From a virus: a DNA stretch of 64,000 nt. The notes beneath the pieces were generated by a model. The model worked only from the letters and a program-made list of their open reading frames with translations, had not been told where the DNA came from and searched no databases. Position 1 is the first letter of the stretch, and each line of letters begins with the position of its first letter. A program made the position numbers and the translations under genes. Shown here one piece after another: positions 63,739-64,000 of the stretch. The stretch lies in the IMG/VR virus record IMGVR_UViG_3300025669_002431; one strand, given 5' to 3'.

Positions 63739-64000
63739 AATTCCACCTTCCTATATGCCCAGTTTGCCCCATTCATTCGTATATCTGGTGGTTTTCCAAA
63801 AGATTCATGTATAGCTTTCACAACCAAAGGCCAACCCTTAAGATTATAATCATGTCCACCAATCATACCAGTTGGTTTAATTTTTGGAAGCCAAATGGAT
63901 ATATCTTCACGAACTGATTCATAGGTGTGGCATCCATCTATATAAACAAAGTCCAAAGATTTATCATCAAACTTATCTACAACTAAATTACTCTTAGAAC
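63735..64000 (-). CDS. class I SAM-dependent (O-)methyltransferase, 3' part; gene continues beyond the window end
   Basis: FVYIDGCHTYESVREDISIWLPKIKPTGMIGGHDY matches the C-terminal half of TylF/CmcI-type MTases. The 5' end is truncated by the window. Confidence 0.5.
   Translation of the reverse strand, partial: SKSNLVVDKFDDKSLDFVYIDGCHTYESVREDISIWLPKIKPTGMIGGHDYNLKGWPLVVKAIHESFGKPPDIRMNGANWAYRKVEL

Noticed and set aside
1-64000. Looked for prophage integrase and attachment sites, CRISPR arrays, rRNA, and capsid, terminase or tail genes
   Set aside because: None recognisable in this window. The segment appears to be a replication, nucleotide-metabolism and accessory region of a lytic-type phage genome.

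Overview
This window reads as one continuous stretch of a large, AT-rich (about 30% GC) tailed dsDNA bacteriophage genome with T4-like gene content. Essentially every gene is on the minus strand. Recognisable genes include NAD-dependent DNA ligase, a GroES/gp31-like co-chaperonin, NUDIX hydrolase, an ArfB-like GGQ peptidyl-tRNA hydrolase, a stand-alone receiver domain, ClpP-like protease, a RecA/UvsX-like recombinase, RNase H/FEN, a class II (B12-type) ribonucleotide reductase, dCMP deaminase, DHFR, and glycosyltransferases/methyltransferases. A bacterial host is inferred from a bacterial-type tRNA-Tyr with a long variable arm, Shine-Dalgarno sites, and lipobox lipoproteins. There are 9 canonical tRNA genes plus three degenerate or aberrant tRNA-like elements, all on the minus strand. 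Homing-endonuclease load is heavy: about eight HNH genes (two paralog families), two GIY-YIG genes, one Vsr-like protein with NUMOD3-like repeats, and two LAGLIDADG inteins (one in the RecA-like Walker A loop, one in the RNR). The standout feature is a sharply bounded GC-rich island (about 57-63% GC against about 30%) coinciding exactly with one gene, which encodes a confident homolog of the eukaryotic major vault protein. It sits directly upstream of the receiver domain, ArfB-like and NUDIX genes. A second theme is a dispersed RNA end-healing and sealing toolkit, described in the findings. Other notable items are an actin-fold ATPase, a 59-aa rubredoxin missed by the ORF track, a 76-nt hairpin/T-run element present twice next to HNH genes with compensatory stem changes, and several small hydrophobic peptides with strong ribosome-binding sites. 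No CRISPR array, rRNA or integrase was seen.
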